The notes: generated by a model from the sequence alone, not told the origin. A stretch of 64,000 nt of DNA from Synechococcus sp. (GCA_047285535.1 JBJBDC010000001.1:1216136-1280135); one strand, 5' to 3'; counted from the first letter of the stretch, positions 43,181-53,284 are shown. Numbers and translations: made by a program.

Positions 43181-44832
43181 GATTATTTTCATTAAATACC
43201 GGAGCTAAACTCTTCTTTTTAATAATTACCTCTTTTTTCAATCCTTCCTCTTATTCCTCTGCCAGCGAAATCAATGCTAAGTACAGCAATCATAGTTTTT
43301 CAGAAAAAGCTTGCAAGGATGAAAGGATTAAGGCAAATTTATTGCTAGCAGGAAGATTGCCTACATTCTACAATTGTTCAAACAGAATTGCTTTTAATTC
43401 AACTCCCACAAAATCGAAGTCTTCTGCAAAAGAGTTTTTTAATCTTGAGCCACTTTCCAACCCGAGTATTAAATCATTAGAGTTTGACTATAAAGCATCC
43501 GTTTATAAGGTTAAGTCAGCATATGGTGCATGGTGGCCAAATGTTTCAATGTCAAATAGTTCTATATTGTTTACAGATATACTTTCTAGGCAAAATTATG
43601 ATGCTCCAACCTCATCAACGTCGTCTCCTTCGAGTCGGGGAACGAGTTTTAATCCTATCGATCGCTCTAACCGAAATAACACAAGTAACTCTGATCAACT
43701 AACCGGTTTCAATACTACTTACGCTAACTATATTCAAGCGTATCCAGTTATCACTGTTGAATGGAATTTTTTAGATCCAACTCGTTATCCAAGCATAGCT
43801 GCCGCAAAGAAGCAAAAACAATTAGCATTGCTCGAGCTCGAGAAAACAAAATCAAATCTTCAAAGTAAAATAAGTCAACTCTCAGTTGAGTATCGTTATT
43901 CTCTTTATACGATTGGAGAGTTAATTCAAATTATGAGTATTCAAAAAGATATTATTTCACTTACAAAGTCTCTAGTTGACCTTAAAGAGTTGCCAAGAAT
44001 TCAACAAATTAAAGCACTTCGTGAGCAAGCTCAGTCCCAGAATCGTCTGAACCAAGCCCAAATTAGACTAGCTAATATTAAATCTGAGATTGCATCTATC
44101 ATTCTCCCTCAAATTCAACATTTAAAGCTCGACACCGTAACGGTAGATGATGTCATTAATGATTATTTACTTAAAGAAAACTACACTGAAAAATCATTGA
44201 AAGAATGGAGTCGTGACTCTGATACGACATATCAATTGGCATTAGAAAACTCTTCTAAAGTTAAAGAACTAACATTACAAGCAGGCATTTCTAAAGACTC
44301 TGCCAACCAAGAATGGGGATCTATACTGCCAACTATTGGATTTCTTGGTTATATTACATATCAGTATACAGCTGGAAGCCAAAATTATGCACCTCCTGAG
44401 CAGCCTAATGGTGCAGCGTCGGCGGTGCTAACAAATTATTTTGGACTTTCAGTGTCATGGAATCTCTTTGATGGATATGCCACTCGGCACCAGGCAAGAG
44501 CGTATGAAATGAAAGAACAATCACTATTAAAGAAAATAGAACAAGAAGTCATCACTCTGCGACCATCGACACAGCTACTACTGACCAAACTTAATTTCTC
44601 AAAAAAGCAAATTGATCTAGCAATCAAAGATTCGTCTGCTGCAAAAATAATCTCTTCAGATGTTGAGGCCAGATCTCAGTATGGTTTAGGCAGTCAATAC
44701 GATTATTTTAGTGCCCTTATTGATTATCATCAATCAAAGATCTATCTTCTCGAAGCATTATCTGAATATAGTCGAATATATCTTCAATTGTCACGTTTGA
44801 CAAGTTCAAACACGTCTGGTTCGTCAATTTAA
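43177..44832 (+). CDS. TolC-family outer-membrane efflux protein
   Basis: Signal peptide, twofold repeat (AYGAWWPNVS...VEWNFLD and EWGSILPTIG...GLSVSWNLFDG), and RSQYGLGSQYD C-terminal helices. Confidence 0.88.
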   Translation: MRLFSLNTGAKLFFLIITSFFNPSSYSSASEINAKYSNHSFSEKACKDERIKANLLLAGRLPTFYNCSNRIAFNSTPTKSKSSAKEFFNLEPLSNPSIKSLEFDYKASVYKVKSAYGAWWPNVSMSNSSILFTDILSRQNYDAPTSSTSSPSSRGTSFNPIDRSNRNNTSNSDQLTGFNTTYANYIQAYPVITVEWNFLDPTRYPSIAAAKKQKQLALLELEKTKSNLQSKISQLSVEYRYSLYTIGELIQIMSIQKDIISLTKSLVDLKELPRIQQIKALREQAQSQNRLNQAQIRLANIKSEIASIILPQIQHLKLDTVTVDDVINDYLLKENYTEKSLKEWSRDSDTTYQLALENSSKVKELTLQAGISKDSANQEWGSILPTIGFLGYITYQYTAGSQNYAPPEQPNGAASAVLTNYFGLSVSWNLFDGYATRHQARAYEMKEQSLLKKIEQEVITLRPSTQLLLTKLNFSKKQIDLAIKDSSAAKIISSDVEARSQYGLGSQYDYFSALIDYHQSKIYLLEALSEYSRIYLQLSRLTSSNTSGSSI

Positions 44833-44924
44833 TCCCATAAATATACAAATATTTTCAAATAATTGTATACGTGCATCTAATTGTTGGTTGTTGTGTTTGA
44901 GAAATTGAGAAACGAAACAAGCCC

Positions 44925-45107
44925 CTATCGTGCTTCATCTAAAATAAAAAACAGACAACATGGTATCAATGAAATACAAATTGCCAGTACTAAGTACTGA
45001 TTTATTGATTGATTTAGCAAAGACTTAAGCAAAAGAACTGCGAACAATGGGTGAATTATTAATAAGCACAAGATCACTATCGTTAATTCATAAATCCCCA
45101 GAGCCAT
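44925..45107 (-). CDS. Possible 60-aa two-TM membrane protein
   Basis: From ATG 45107: MALGIYELTIVILCLLIIHPLFAVLLLKSLLNQSINQYLVLAICISLIPCCLFFILDEAR. It could be an AT-rich shadow ORF. Confidence 0.35.
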   Translation of the reverse strand: MALGIYELTIVILCLLIIHPLFAVLLLKSLLNQSINQYLVLAICISLIPCCLFFILDEAR

Positions 45108-45206
45108 AAAATGCTGCAACCAAATATTAAGAATTAAGTGGCAAGATGATTGGGCGGCACCATTGGGCCATAAGATCATTAAAATGAGGAGTAAATAGTA
45201 GGAATA

Positions 45207-48200
45207 GTGAGCATGGGAGATTTCAATTTATTTTACCAAGCTCTTCAATCTTTAGATAACGACATCACCATTTTAGGCACAAGCGAGGATTTAGTTGTCG
45301 CTGATTGGCTCAAAACAGAGGGATATGATATTACCTACATTCTTGACTGCCTTAAAAAAATTAAAAGAAGCAACGGTGAAACTAACTCTAAAACACTCAC
45401 CGTTGAAATACTTGGTGACAAGAGAAAACGTGAACTGCTGCTAAGAAGCTATAGAGATTCCATTGATAGTACTGCCGGTGGAATGTTGACTTCTGTAGAA
45501 AGAGTAAGAGAAGCATCTATTAAAGGTCTAAAGAATCATCGCGACTTGCTGGAGAAAGCCCAAAGTGAAATTGAAAAAGGAAAAATAGCAAAGGAGATGG
45601 TTCCTACAGTTGAAGGTGGAATTGAGCCAGCATACATCAATAAAATATCCTCAATAAAAGAACTAGTAAATTCTCGGCCTGTTCATCTATATTGGAAAAA
45701 CTATCAGGAAATGCGAGATATCGGTTGGCATGCTTATGCAAAAACACGGTTAATTAGCTTCATAAAATATGCTGTTAGGAAACAATATGCGAATTGGAAA
45801 GCTGCTTATATTGCTGCTCTGGGATCATCAGCAAATAGGGGGAATTGGTCTGGTGGATATATGAACGGCACTAAACAAGATGGTTCTGGTTACATATCCT
45901 ATGGAAGAAATGGAGATCATTACACATCATATTCGATATACGGAACTTGGGATGACCCTTTTCAAAAAGGTGGTTCATTTAATATCAATATTTATGGTAT
46001 GAATAGCCAATGGAGGCTAGAAGGAAATAAGCATAATACTGCAATTACGGCTTCTATTAATGAAAGTAATGGCAAAATTACCTATACATCCTACATAGAG
46101 CCTGATAATGCTGGTCTTATTGCATTACCAAAATACACAGGAGAGGTGACATCTCGACAAATTCTAGAGAAATCAAAACAATTCCAAACTGACGAGAACA
46201 TTGTTCACTCTTATGAGAATGCAACTCTAGGCTCATCTTTTGCAGCTGTCGTAAGAAAGCATTATCCAAATTTCAATATCAATGAGAAAGTCAAAGATTT
46301 TCAAAAAATCTTGGCTTATTCAGCCATTGCCTATGTTGTCAAAAGAACCTACATTGCTGAAGGAAAGATTAATAGCCAATTTATTAATCAAGCGCTTAAG
46401 CGATTGACTGAGACTGGCACGTTACATGATGCATTCGCTTTAATTAACTATCAGGCGCGCATGCAAAAATTACATCTTGATCATATACTGAGTGCCACAA
46501 ATCTCAAACACAAAGCCAAAGCCTCGCGTGTTTGGGCCTCTGAAGAAGTTGCTCTTGATAGAGTTGCGAGAAACTCAATTCTCAATAGTAGCCGAGAGTA
46601 CCAGCGATTAATTAATGATGGACTTAGTAATAAAATGGCCGAAAGAGCCGCCAACCTGACATTTTTCTCCGATTTGTTGGTCTTTGACAGCTTTATATAT
46701 AGTGCTCCTACAAAAGACATTAAACTAGATTTTACGAAAAAGGACGCAACTATTGCTAATTACTCTCGCATCGCATTACCCGTTATTATTACCCAAGAAG
46801 CAAAGATCAGCAAGACGATTCTGCGACAAGAGAAAACGTTTAAATACATTCCTAAGTACACTAATTTAGTTCTAAGCTTCGAGAAACTAAAGTATGAGGC
46901 GTTTAGGGCGATATCAGTTGGCTCTTACGACTATTTCAAGCAGTACCTGGGTTTTCATCCGATTCATCGTTCGCTCAGGTTCATGAAAAATTCAGTTATT
47001 TTACCGACAGAAAAATGGATTGAAAGTTGGGGAAATAGTGCCTTGTGGACACAAATAACAACTGATGCCTTTTCAACTGTTAATTTTGTAGGGTTTTCAT
47101 TAACACGAGCAATTGTTCACTTACCTAAGCACATTTATGAAGATACTAAAAAGCTAGGTGAGCAGCTCGTTCATTTATTTAGTGGTGGTGATACTTGGGC
47201 TGGAATTGGAGGGGGCATATGGCGAGATATTAAAGGTCCTGTCAAAACCATTGAATTATTGGGTGAAAATGCCCTACTTGTTTTCGCGAGCTCCTTTGAT
47301 CCGCTATTCTATAAAACAAAGTTTGCAAAATCAATTATAGGCAAAGATAAAAACTTTGGGCAACTTATTGCAGATGCATGGCACTACGAATGGAACAAAC
47401 AGCGAATAAAATTAGCGCTTACTTTGCACAAGATCAATGCCCCGATAAGAAAGGAACTAAGTGAAATCACGAATGGTAAAATACCGAATCCAAGCGCATC
47501 ATTTTTTAGTAACCATGAAAATCTTAATGCCAAAAAAAATCAATTAACTCTGAAACTTTTAATCTCTTTCAGGTCCGGAATAACGAGCAAGTTGCAAAAT
47601 CATGCTGACGCAATTAACACTGCAATAACGATTGCTCAAGCCAATAAGTTTAAGACGACAAAAGATCTCCTTGTGCTTTCACAAGGCGGAAAAGTAAACA
47701 TTAATGGAAAAACAATTAGCGGCATGGAAATCAATGATGCACTCCAGTCATTAATTGCGAATATGGCTGACAAATATATTGCTTCAAAAGATTATACAAA
47801 TAAGCAAGAAAAGACTTTTGTTATCAATAATCTGGCCACGACAGAATTTAGAGATGGATTTCAAGCATGGACTCAGCGACAATTGGCAATATTTAAAAAC
47901 GAAATGAAGATGTATCAATACATAAATCAACAAAGTACTCGCTTTGAACAATTAGCTTTCAAGATCTCTATAGCCAACAAAATCAATCGGGGAATTAAAG
48001 ATGAAGGTTCTTCCTTGAAGTATCAGGTAGGTCATTTATGGCATCAAGGAAGAGCCAATACATTCTTTTTCAAGGCGTTTGATAAGCCCTTGCAGCATTC
48101 ATTCAATGCTTTATCTACTGGTAAGAAAACCAATGAAGCAAATAAGCAACTGAATCATTTTCAAAGAAATCATAAGCCCGGTGAAAAGCTATTTGCTGAC

Positions 48201-49265
48201 ATCCTTCTAACAGAAACAGCAGATAGAGTTATGCGGAATATTGGAAATATTCACTATAAAATTGAAACTGGAGCATATGCTATTGGTACTTCTAAATATC
48301 AGAAGGACTTGCCTTTCGCTAAAAAAGAGCTGCTTCTTTCGATGCGCTTGCATCAGAACACAGCTCAAGAGATTGAAGAATGGAGCAAGAGGATTAAAAT
48401 CACAAATCGACTTGGAAAGATCACACTGGATCAAGCTAGTCTTTCTAAACTTAAGAATGCAACATTCAACGGGCTACTGACAAAAGCCAAACAAAACATT
48501 CATCTTGTCACTGCCGTTGATTCAAGCTTAGTAAAAATAGCCAATAAAGAGTCATCTATTCTCAATAAACCGATCACAGTGCAAGACGTAATTACAGGGA
48601 CGGAGAATTGGTGGGATCGCGCAGTAAGTAAAGGATACTTTTATCAGCATTGGAAAACCGTTGTGACGACTCGCTCATCTCATAATGCGGCACTTGCAGC
48701 GTTATTGAATGATGTTGAAATTCTTCAAGGTGGTGGAAGCATGACATTTGGACAATTTATTAACTCTCTTCCTCAAAATAAGAATTGGAAGCTTTCACTC
48801 GCTCCTCATGCAATTCCTTCAAGGGGTCCATCTTCAATTGCTATTAGCAACTTAAATATCAAAGCAGGAGTCCTTACACCTAAAAAAGTAAATCAAGTGG
48901 CAAAACAAAAGGTGAAAGTTCCTATTCTTTTGTTCAAAAACCGTATAAAATTTGCGAGAAACATATGGAAAAAAATCACTGGCAGTGGCAAAAAAGATGA
49001 TCTTCTCCAGCAAATCGAACACGCTGAAAAGAAGACTATTGTCAATGCAGATGAAAGACGCGTCGCCAAAGAGCTAGGAGAAGACGAGCTTAAGGAATTG
49101 GATAATCTTCTTGTTGAGGATGCGATCAAAGTTGAAAGTGAAGCGGAATTATCAATTGAAATTGAAGAATCCAACGCACTGAGTTCAGTTGACGAACTTA
49201 TCGATACAACTTTAACTGACGCAATAGACACAACAGAGGAAACTATTGCAGAAGCTATAGTTTGA
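45207..49265 (+). CDS. Giant double-glycine-leader protein (1352 aa), putative exported cargo or toxin; start possibly ATG 45213
   Basis: 4-kb open frame with an AGGA element upstream; SIDSTAGG at aa 85-92; leader resembles that of the 574-aa protein. Confidence 0.78.
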   Translation: MSMGDFNLFYQALQSLDNDITILGTSEDLVVADWLKTEGYDITYILDCLKKIKRSNGETNSKTLTVEILGDKRKRELLLRSYRDSIDSTAGGMLTSVERVREASIKGLKNHRDLLEKAQSEIEKGKIAKEMVPTVEGGIEPAYINKISSIKELVNSRPVHLYWKNYQEMRDIGWHAYAKTRLISFIKYAVRKQYANWKAAYIAALGSSANRGNWSGGYMNGTKQDGSGYISYGRNGDHYTSYSIYGTWDDPFQKGGSFNINIYGMNSQWRLEGNKHNTAITASINESNGKITYTSYIEPDNAGLIALPKYTGEVTSRQILEKSKQFQTDENIVHSYENATLGSSFAAVVRKHYPNFNINEKVKDFQKILAYSAIAYVVKRTYIAEGKINSQFINQALKRLTETGTLHDAFALINYQARMQKLHLDHILSATNLKHKAKASRVWASEEVALDRVARNSILNSSREYQRLINDGLSNKMAERAANLTFFSDLLVFDSFIYSAPTKDIKLDFTKKDATIANYSRIALPVIITQEAKISKTILRQEKTFKYIPKYTNLVLSFEKLKYEAFRAISVGSYDYFKQYLGFHPIHRSLRFMKNSVILPTEKWIESWGNSALWTQITTDAFSTVNFVGFSLTRAIVHLPKHIYEDTKKLGEQLVHLFSGGDTWAGIGGGIWRDIKGPVKTIELLGENALLVFASSFDPLFYKTKFAKSIIGKDKNFGQLIADAWHYEWNKQRIKLALTLHKINAPIRKELSEITNGKIPNPSASFFSNHENLNAKKNQLTLKLLISFRSGITSKLQNHADAINTAITIAQANKFKTTKDLLVLSQGGKVNINGKTISGMEINDALQSLIANMADKYIASKDYTNKQEKTFVINNLATTEFRDGFQAWTQRQLAIFKNEMKMYQYINQQSTRFEQLAFKISIANKINRGIKDEGSSLKYQVGHLWHQGRANTFFFKAFDKPLQHSFNALSTGKKTNEANKQLNHFQRNHKPGEKLFADILLTETADRVMRNIGNIHYKIETGAYAIGTSKYQKDLPFAKKELLLSMRLHQNTAQEIEEWSKRIKITNRLGKITLDQASLSKLKNATFNGLLTKAKQNIHLVTAVDSSLVKIANKESSILNKPITVQDVITGTENWWDRAVSKGYFYQHWKTVVTTRSSHNAALAALLNDVEILQGGGSMTFGQFINSLPQNKNWKLSLAPHAIPSRGPSSIAISNLNIKAGVLTPKKVNQVAKQKVKVPILLFKNRIKFARNIWKKITGSGKKDDLLQQIEHAEKKTIVNADERRVAKELGEDELKELDNLLVEDAIKVESEAELSIEIEESNALSSVDELIDTTLTDAIDTTEETIAEAIV

Positions 49266-49440
49266 AAAAGTGGTTATCCCTCCACTCAGTTTCGAACAAA
49301 GCACGGGAGTCGAAGCTGCTAGGCACTCATTCTGACGGTTAAAAGCCGAAGTACAAAATCCTCTCTACTCGGATCCAAACCAGGGTTTCATCAGCTGGTT
49401 GATATTCAGGTTGCTCCCAATCGGTCGCAGCCTCAAGATT

Positions 49441-49563
49441 TTTTTAATTTGATGCATGTCACACCAATGGTTGGTCATAAGCATGATCTCGCGACTCAAC
49501 CGGTCTTAACTTGATCAGCGTAGAGATCTGTTCGTAAACATATAGTCCAGATCATGCGGTTTT
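49441..49563 (-). pseudogene. Possible eroded tyrosine integrase C-terminus
   Basis: Translation KPHDLDYMFTNR...REIMLMTNHWCDMHQ (with 2 stops) echoes the spacing of PYDLRHAWAVR...MMGHSVAIH; it lies next to the right island boundary. Confidence 0.3.
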
Positions 49564-49849
49564 CAACTCCCACCCAAATCCTGCAGAAATGTTCAGTGAT
49601 GGATGAGAAATAGTTCTTACTCATCACCTGTATAGAAACCACCAAGACATGAAATATGTTCAATGACTGAATAAAGCGAGGAGCAACGCCTGATGCTCGC
49701 CTACGGGCTAGGTGATGATGGAACTGGGCTGGCCGCCAGCCATTTCAAGTGGTTGGCATCGCTTCAATTTGGCTTTATCGAACTGGACTGTGCTTTAATT
49801 CATGACACCTCTATTGATATCAACAGCCAGCTCACGCAAGCCACATCGC

Positions 49850-49992
49850 CGGCGATGGACGCATGAAAACATTGGAAGAAAGTAGAGCAATCTTTGTTGT
49901 AACCCGCGAGAGGATTCGTCAGATAGAAGCCAAAGCACTCCGGAAATTAAGCCATCCCAACAGAAACGGAGTTCTCAAGGAATGCATCAAGT
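49850..49992 (+). repeat. Right copy of the rpoD 3' end (putative attR, sigma region 4 relic)
   Basis: 133/143 identical to 33121-33263; translates as [47 protein letters not shown]. Confidence 0.95.
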
Positions 49993-50022
49993 CAAAAGCC
50001 AAGCTTGAGTTAAAAGTTCTCA

Positions 50023-50050
50023 CCCCCTCCTGTCTTTGACAAGTGGGGGG
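50023..50050 (+). terminator. Decayed GC-rich hairpin after the displaced rpoD end
   Basis: ccccctcctgtc-ttt-gacaagtggggg with 2 mismatches in the stem and no clear U tract. Confidence 0.4.
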
Positions 50051-50571
50051 AATGACCTATTGAAACCACCTTATGACCTAGAAAGCAGATTAGTCATCGA
50101 TACTCTTGAGTAGAACTTTACATGTGAGATCTGTTTTATATCCCACTCCTTCCCCCCCTTTAAGACCTCGAATTCATAGAGACTATCTTCTCCTGAGCCA
50201 AGACGCGACACCCTTGATCTCCCACCTGGCTAGCACAGGCATCGAGTGACTAATTCTGAGCCTGAGAAGGGATGCTTAGAAATAGAAGGAACGGAAGACA
50301 GAGCGCAAAGGGATAACAAGCGCTGCTACAAATACAATATGGATTTGACGATAGCAATGCAAAGCAGAAAGAAGCAGCAACTCCACGCTTTATGACGACA
50401 GTGAAGCTCTCATCTGACTGTCCAAATCCACCCCTAAGAATCATTCTAGAGCCCGGACAGGATGGGAAAAAGACTTCTCTCGTCAAAGCATGACATCAAT
50501 TCGCTCCGCACGCTGACAGCAAATCTTCAATCAAAAAACATCAACTAAAGCCTTACTCATCAACAAAGCCA

Positions 50572-50928
50572 ATGAGTATGAACCACAGCAATGCACCACG
50601 CGACTTCCTAGAGGCGCTGCAATCACTCAAACAAGCAAGACTTGTGACCCATGCATTCATGACGCATGATCACCAATTCAATGGTCTAACCGAAGCTGAA
50701 CAAAATAGCTTGCAAAACAGCATCACACCGTATTTTAATGCAATTTTTGAAATCGAAGACAGAATTTTATCCTGGTATCGCGAAATTCATCCAGAGCTCA
50801 TAGACGATGACGACTTAATCGAATCAATCGAGGAAGAGTTTGGCTACGAAACGTTACTTTCCGAGAAAGGGAAACTAGACTTGGAAAAACTCTTCAAAGA
50901 AGGTAATGAAGGAACCACTCAAAATTAA
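50572..50928 (+). CDS. Acidic hypothetical protein (118 aa)
   Basis: ATG-started ORF with protein-like composition. Confidence 0.7.
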   Translation: MSMNHSNAPRDFLEALQSLKQARLVTHAFMTHDHQFNGLTEAEQNSLQNSITPYFNAIFEIEDRILSWYREIHPELIDDDDLIESIEEEFGYETLLSEKGKLDLEKLFKEGNEGTTQN

Positions 50929-50996
50929 TCAAAAAATTTCGACCAAATCCAGATTTAGATCTCAATACTTATCGCGATATCCTTAAAAGTATCGAG

Positions 50997-51542
50997 CTAT
51001 AAATCGTCCTCAATGCATTCAGTGAATTCTTGAAATGCTCTCTTCAGTCGTTCAACAGGTGTTTCTGAAGGCGGACACTCTTGGGACGTATTTCGTGCAT
51101 AAACCTGAAGAAGCCGGGGATCAGGATCAAGAATGGATGCCACCGCAGCCTTATAAATCACAATATTTTTTTGTGACGTTAAGCCCTCTAAGTAAGGCTC
51201 TAATTCCCAAGGCTGATCAGGGGTCGCTTTGATCACGCTGAGTGGACGAATCAATTGATACGCCCTTTCGCCATCTGGATCCGTTGTGTTCCTAAGCCGC
51301 GCCATCAACACACCGCCACTGCTTAATAGGATCAATTTGATCGTGCCCTCATTTAAGAGAGGCAAAAAAGGGAGCGCCTCCTTTGGCGACTTTGTCTGAT
51401 CCAGAGCCTCAAGACCGCCCTTTCGGACTCCACTGACCACAGGCCCTGGCATAGCAATCACACGACTGTGATGAATTGTAAATCCGATGAATCGTGATAG
51501 GCGACTGAGGCGCTTGCATCCATCTGGCGAAGGCAGCTTCAC
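50997..51542 (-). CDS. Hypothetical protein (true start probably downstream, at MPGPVV)
   Basis: Long ORF divergent from hemC. Confidence 0.7.
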   Translation of the reverse strand: MKLPSPDGCKRLSRLSRFIGFTIHHSRVIAMPGPVVSGVRKGGLEALDQTKSPKEALPFLPLLNEGTIKLILLSSGGVLMARLRNTTDPDGERAYQLIRPLSVIKATPDQPWELEPYLEGLTSQKNIVIYKAAVASILDPDPRLLQVYARNTSQECPPSETPVERLKRAFQEFTECIEDDL

Positions 51543-51618
51543 CAGCCAGGCTCAAGGGACAAGCACATGACAGGGGGGGCAACGACTGCGTAATCTTGAA
51601 AACTGAAGTCTCACTACC

Positions 51619-52578
51619 ATGGCCCTCGAGCACCTGCGCATTGCCTCCCGCCGCAGCCAGCTGGCCATGGTTCAGACCAATTGGGTGAAAGCAGAGCTGG
51701 AAAAAGCCCATCCTGGTCTTGCTATTTCTGTTGAGGCAATGGCGACCCAAGGCGACAAGATCCTTGACGTTGCGCTAGCGAAGATTGGCGATAAAGGATT
51801 ATTCACGAAAGAACTCGAAGCTCAGATGCTGGTAGGGCGTGCCGAAATCGCCGTGCACTCTCTGAAAGACCTCCCCACGAATCTTCCCGAGGGCTTGATG
51901 CTTGGTTGCATCACAGAGCGAGAAGACCCAGCTGATGCCCTGGTGGTGAATAGCAAAAACGCTGAGTACACACTTGAGACCTTGCCAGAGGGTGCTGTGG
52001 TTGGCACAAGCTCTTTGCGCCGCTTAGCCCAACTGCGTTATCACTACCCTCATCTTCAGTTCAAAGATGTACGCGGCAATGTCATTACAAGGCTAGAAAA
52101 ACTCGACTCCGGCCATTACGACTGTTTGATCCTGGCAGCCGCAGGACTCAGTCGTCTCGGCTTTGGAGATCGGATTCACCAACTCATTCCCGGAGACATT
52201 TCTCTTCATGCGGTTGGCCAAGGAGCTCTCGGCATTGAATGCGTTTGCGATAGCCCAGAGGTGATGAAGCTCATTCAAGTCCTAGAACATCCACCAACAT
52301 CAGCCCGCTGCCTTGCAGAGCGGGCATTTCTAAGAGTTCTAGAGGGTGGTTGCCAAGTCCCAATCGGTGTCAATAGTCAAATTTCCGAAAACACGCTCAA
52401 ACTCACGGGGATGGTGGCGAGCCTGGACGGCAAACGACTCATTCGTGACCAACAGAGTGGATCCCTATGTGACCCAGAAGCCGTAGGGAGAGACCTGGCT
52501 AATAAACTCAAAGATCAGGGTGCGGAAGAGATTCTGCAAGAGATTTTCGAGCAAGAACGGAGTCAATCATCCCCCTAA
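51619..52578 (+). CDS. hemC: Hydroxymethylbilane synthase
   Basis: [32 protein letters not shown] and EGGCQVPIG. Confidence 0.98.
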   Translation: MALEHLRIASRRSQLAMVQTNWVKAELEKAHPGLAISVEAMATQGDKILDVALAKIGDKGLFTKELEAQMLVGRAEIAVHSLKDLPTNLPEGLMLGCITEREDPADALVVNSKNAEYTLETLPEGAVVGTSSLRRLAQLRYHYPHLQFKDVRGNVITRLEKLDSGHYDCLILAAAGLSRLGFGDRIHQLIPGDISLHAVGQGALGIECVCDSPEVMKLIQVLEHPPTSARCLAERAFLRVLEGGCQVPIGVNSQISENTLKLTGMVASLDGKRLIRDQQSGSLCDPEAVGRDLANKLKDQGAEEILQEIFEQERSQSSP

Positions 52579-52587
52579 TCCTTCACC

Positions 52588-53175
52588 TCAACGAATGATC
52601 TCCACTGGCATCCCCACTTCAACGTGGTCATACAGTTGTTGAACATGCGCATTCAACATGCGCACACAGCCATTCGAGACAGCTGCTCTTGTCTTCACCC
52701 AATGCGGCCATGGTGTTCCATGAATCCCAAATTGATTGGATCCGCTCCTCAAGAAACCAATCCAGCGATGTCCCAGAGGACTTTTAGGCCCTCTGAGAGG
52801 ATTCACCTTCCCTGACTTTGTGCTCTGATATTGAGGATTAATCATCATGTTTTCAACCTTGAAAAGGCCTGTCGGGGTTGGAGTTTTGGGATCTCCGATT
52901 GCAACAGGCCAAGGTCCAAGGGTCTGACCTTGTCGCACAACGCGGATTTGCCTTCTGCCTAGATCAAGAACCACACGCCCCTCCTCCGGCTCTTGCCCAA
53001 TCATCGTCAACTGACTGGCTTTGACCCCGGGGACCGCTGGAACAGCCACAAGAAAACTAGAGGCAAACAAAACCGCCCGAAGAACACTGTCGCAAGAGGC
53101 GCGTTTAAGACCCATGAGTAGAAACCCAAGACTCGCTAGTCTCAAGTTATGCACTGTGCGGAAAAAAAACCGCAC
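52588..53175 (-). CDS. L,D-transpeptidase (YkuD/ErfK family)
   Basis: WPVAIG..TPTPTG, FGIHGT and SNGCVRM. Confidence 0.92.
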   Translation of the reverse strand: MRFFFRTVHNLRLASLGFLLMGLKRASCDSVLRAVLFASSFLVAVPAVPGVKASQLTMIGQEPEEGRVVLDLGRRQIRVVRQGQTLGPWPVAIGDPKTPTPTGLFKVENMMINPQYQSTKSGKVNPLRGPKSPLGHRWIGFLRSGSNQFGIHGTPWPHWVKTRAAVSNGCVRMLNAHVQQLYDHVEVGMPVEIIR

Positions 53176-53284
53176 ACCTCACTGGGAAAAACCTTAAGGA
53201 TTCAGAAGTATCCACTTCTTGAAGGCTCCGTTCCTCGCCAAGGCTCAAAAAGTGCTACAAGCCATAAATCTCATTAACAGCGGC

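Larger units (their letters stand above)
33266..49992. mobile_element. Genomic island integrated at the rpoD 3' end
   Basis: Flanked by the 143-bp rpoD direct repeat, visibly AT-rich, contains an IS481 relic and non-core genes, and interrupts the rpoD-hemC region. Confidence 0.85.

Noticed and set aside
49681..49725. EQRLMLAYGLGDDG resembling sigma region 4 [10 protein letters not shown]
   Set aside because: Too short and not colinear with the 143-bp repeat; may be chance.
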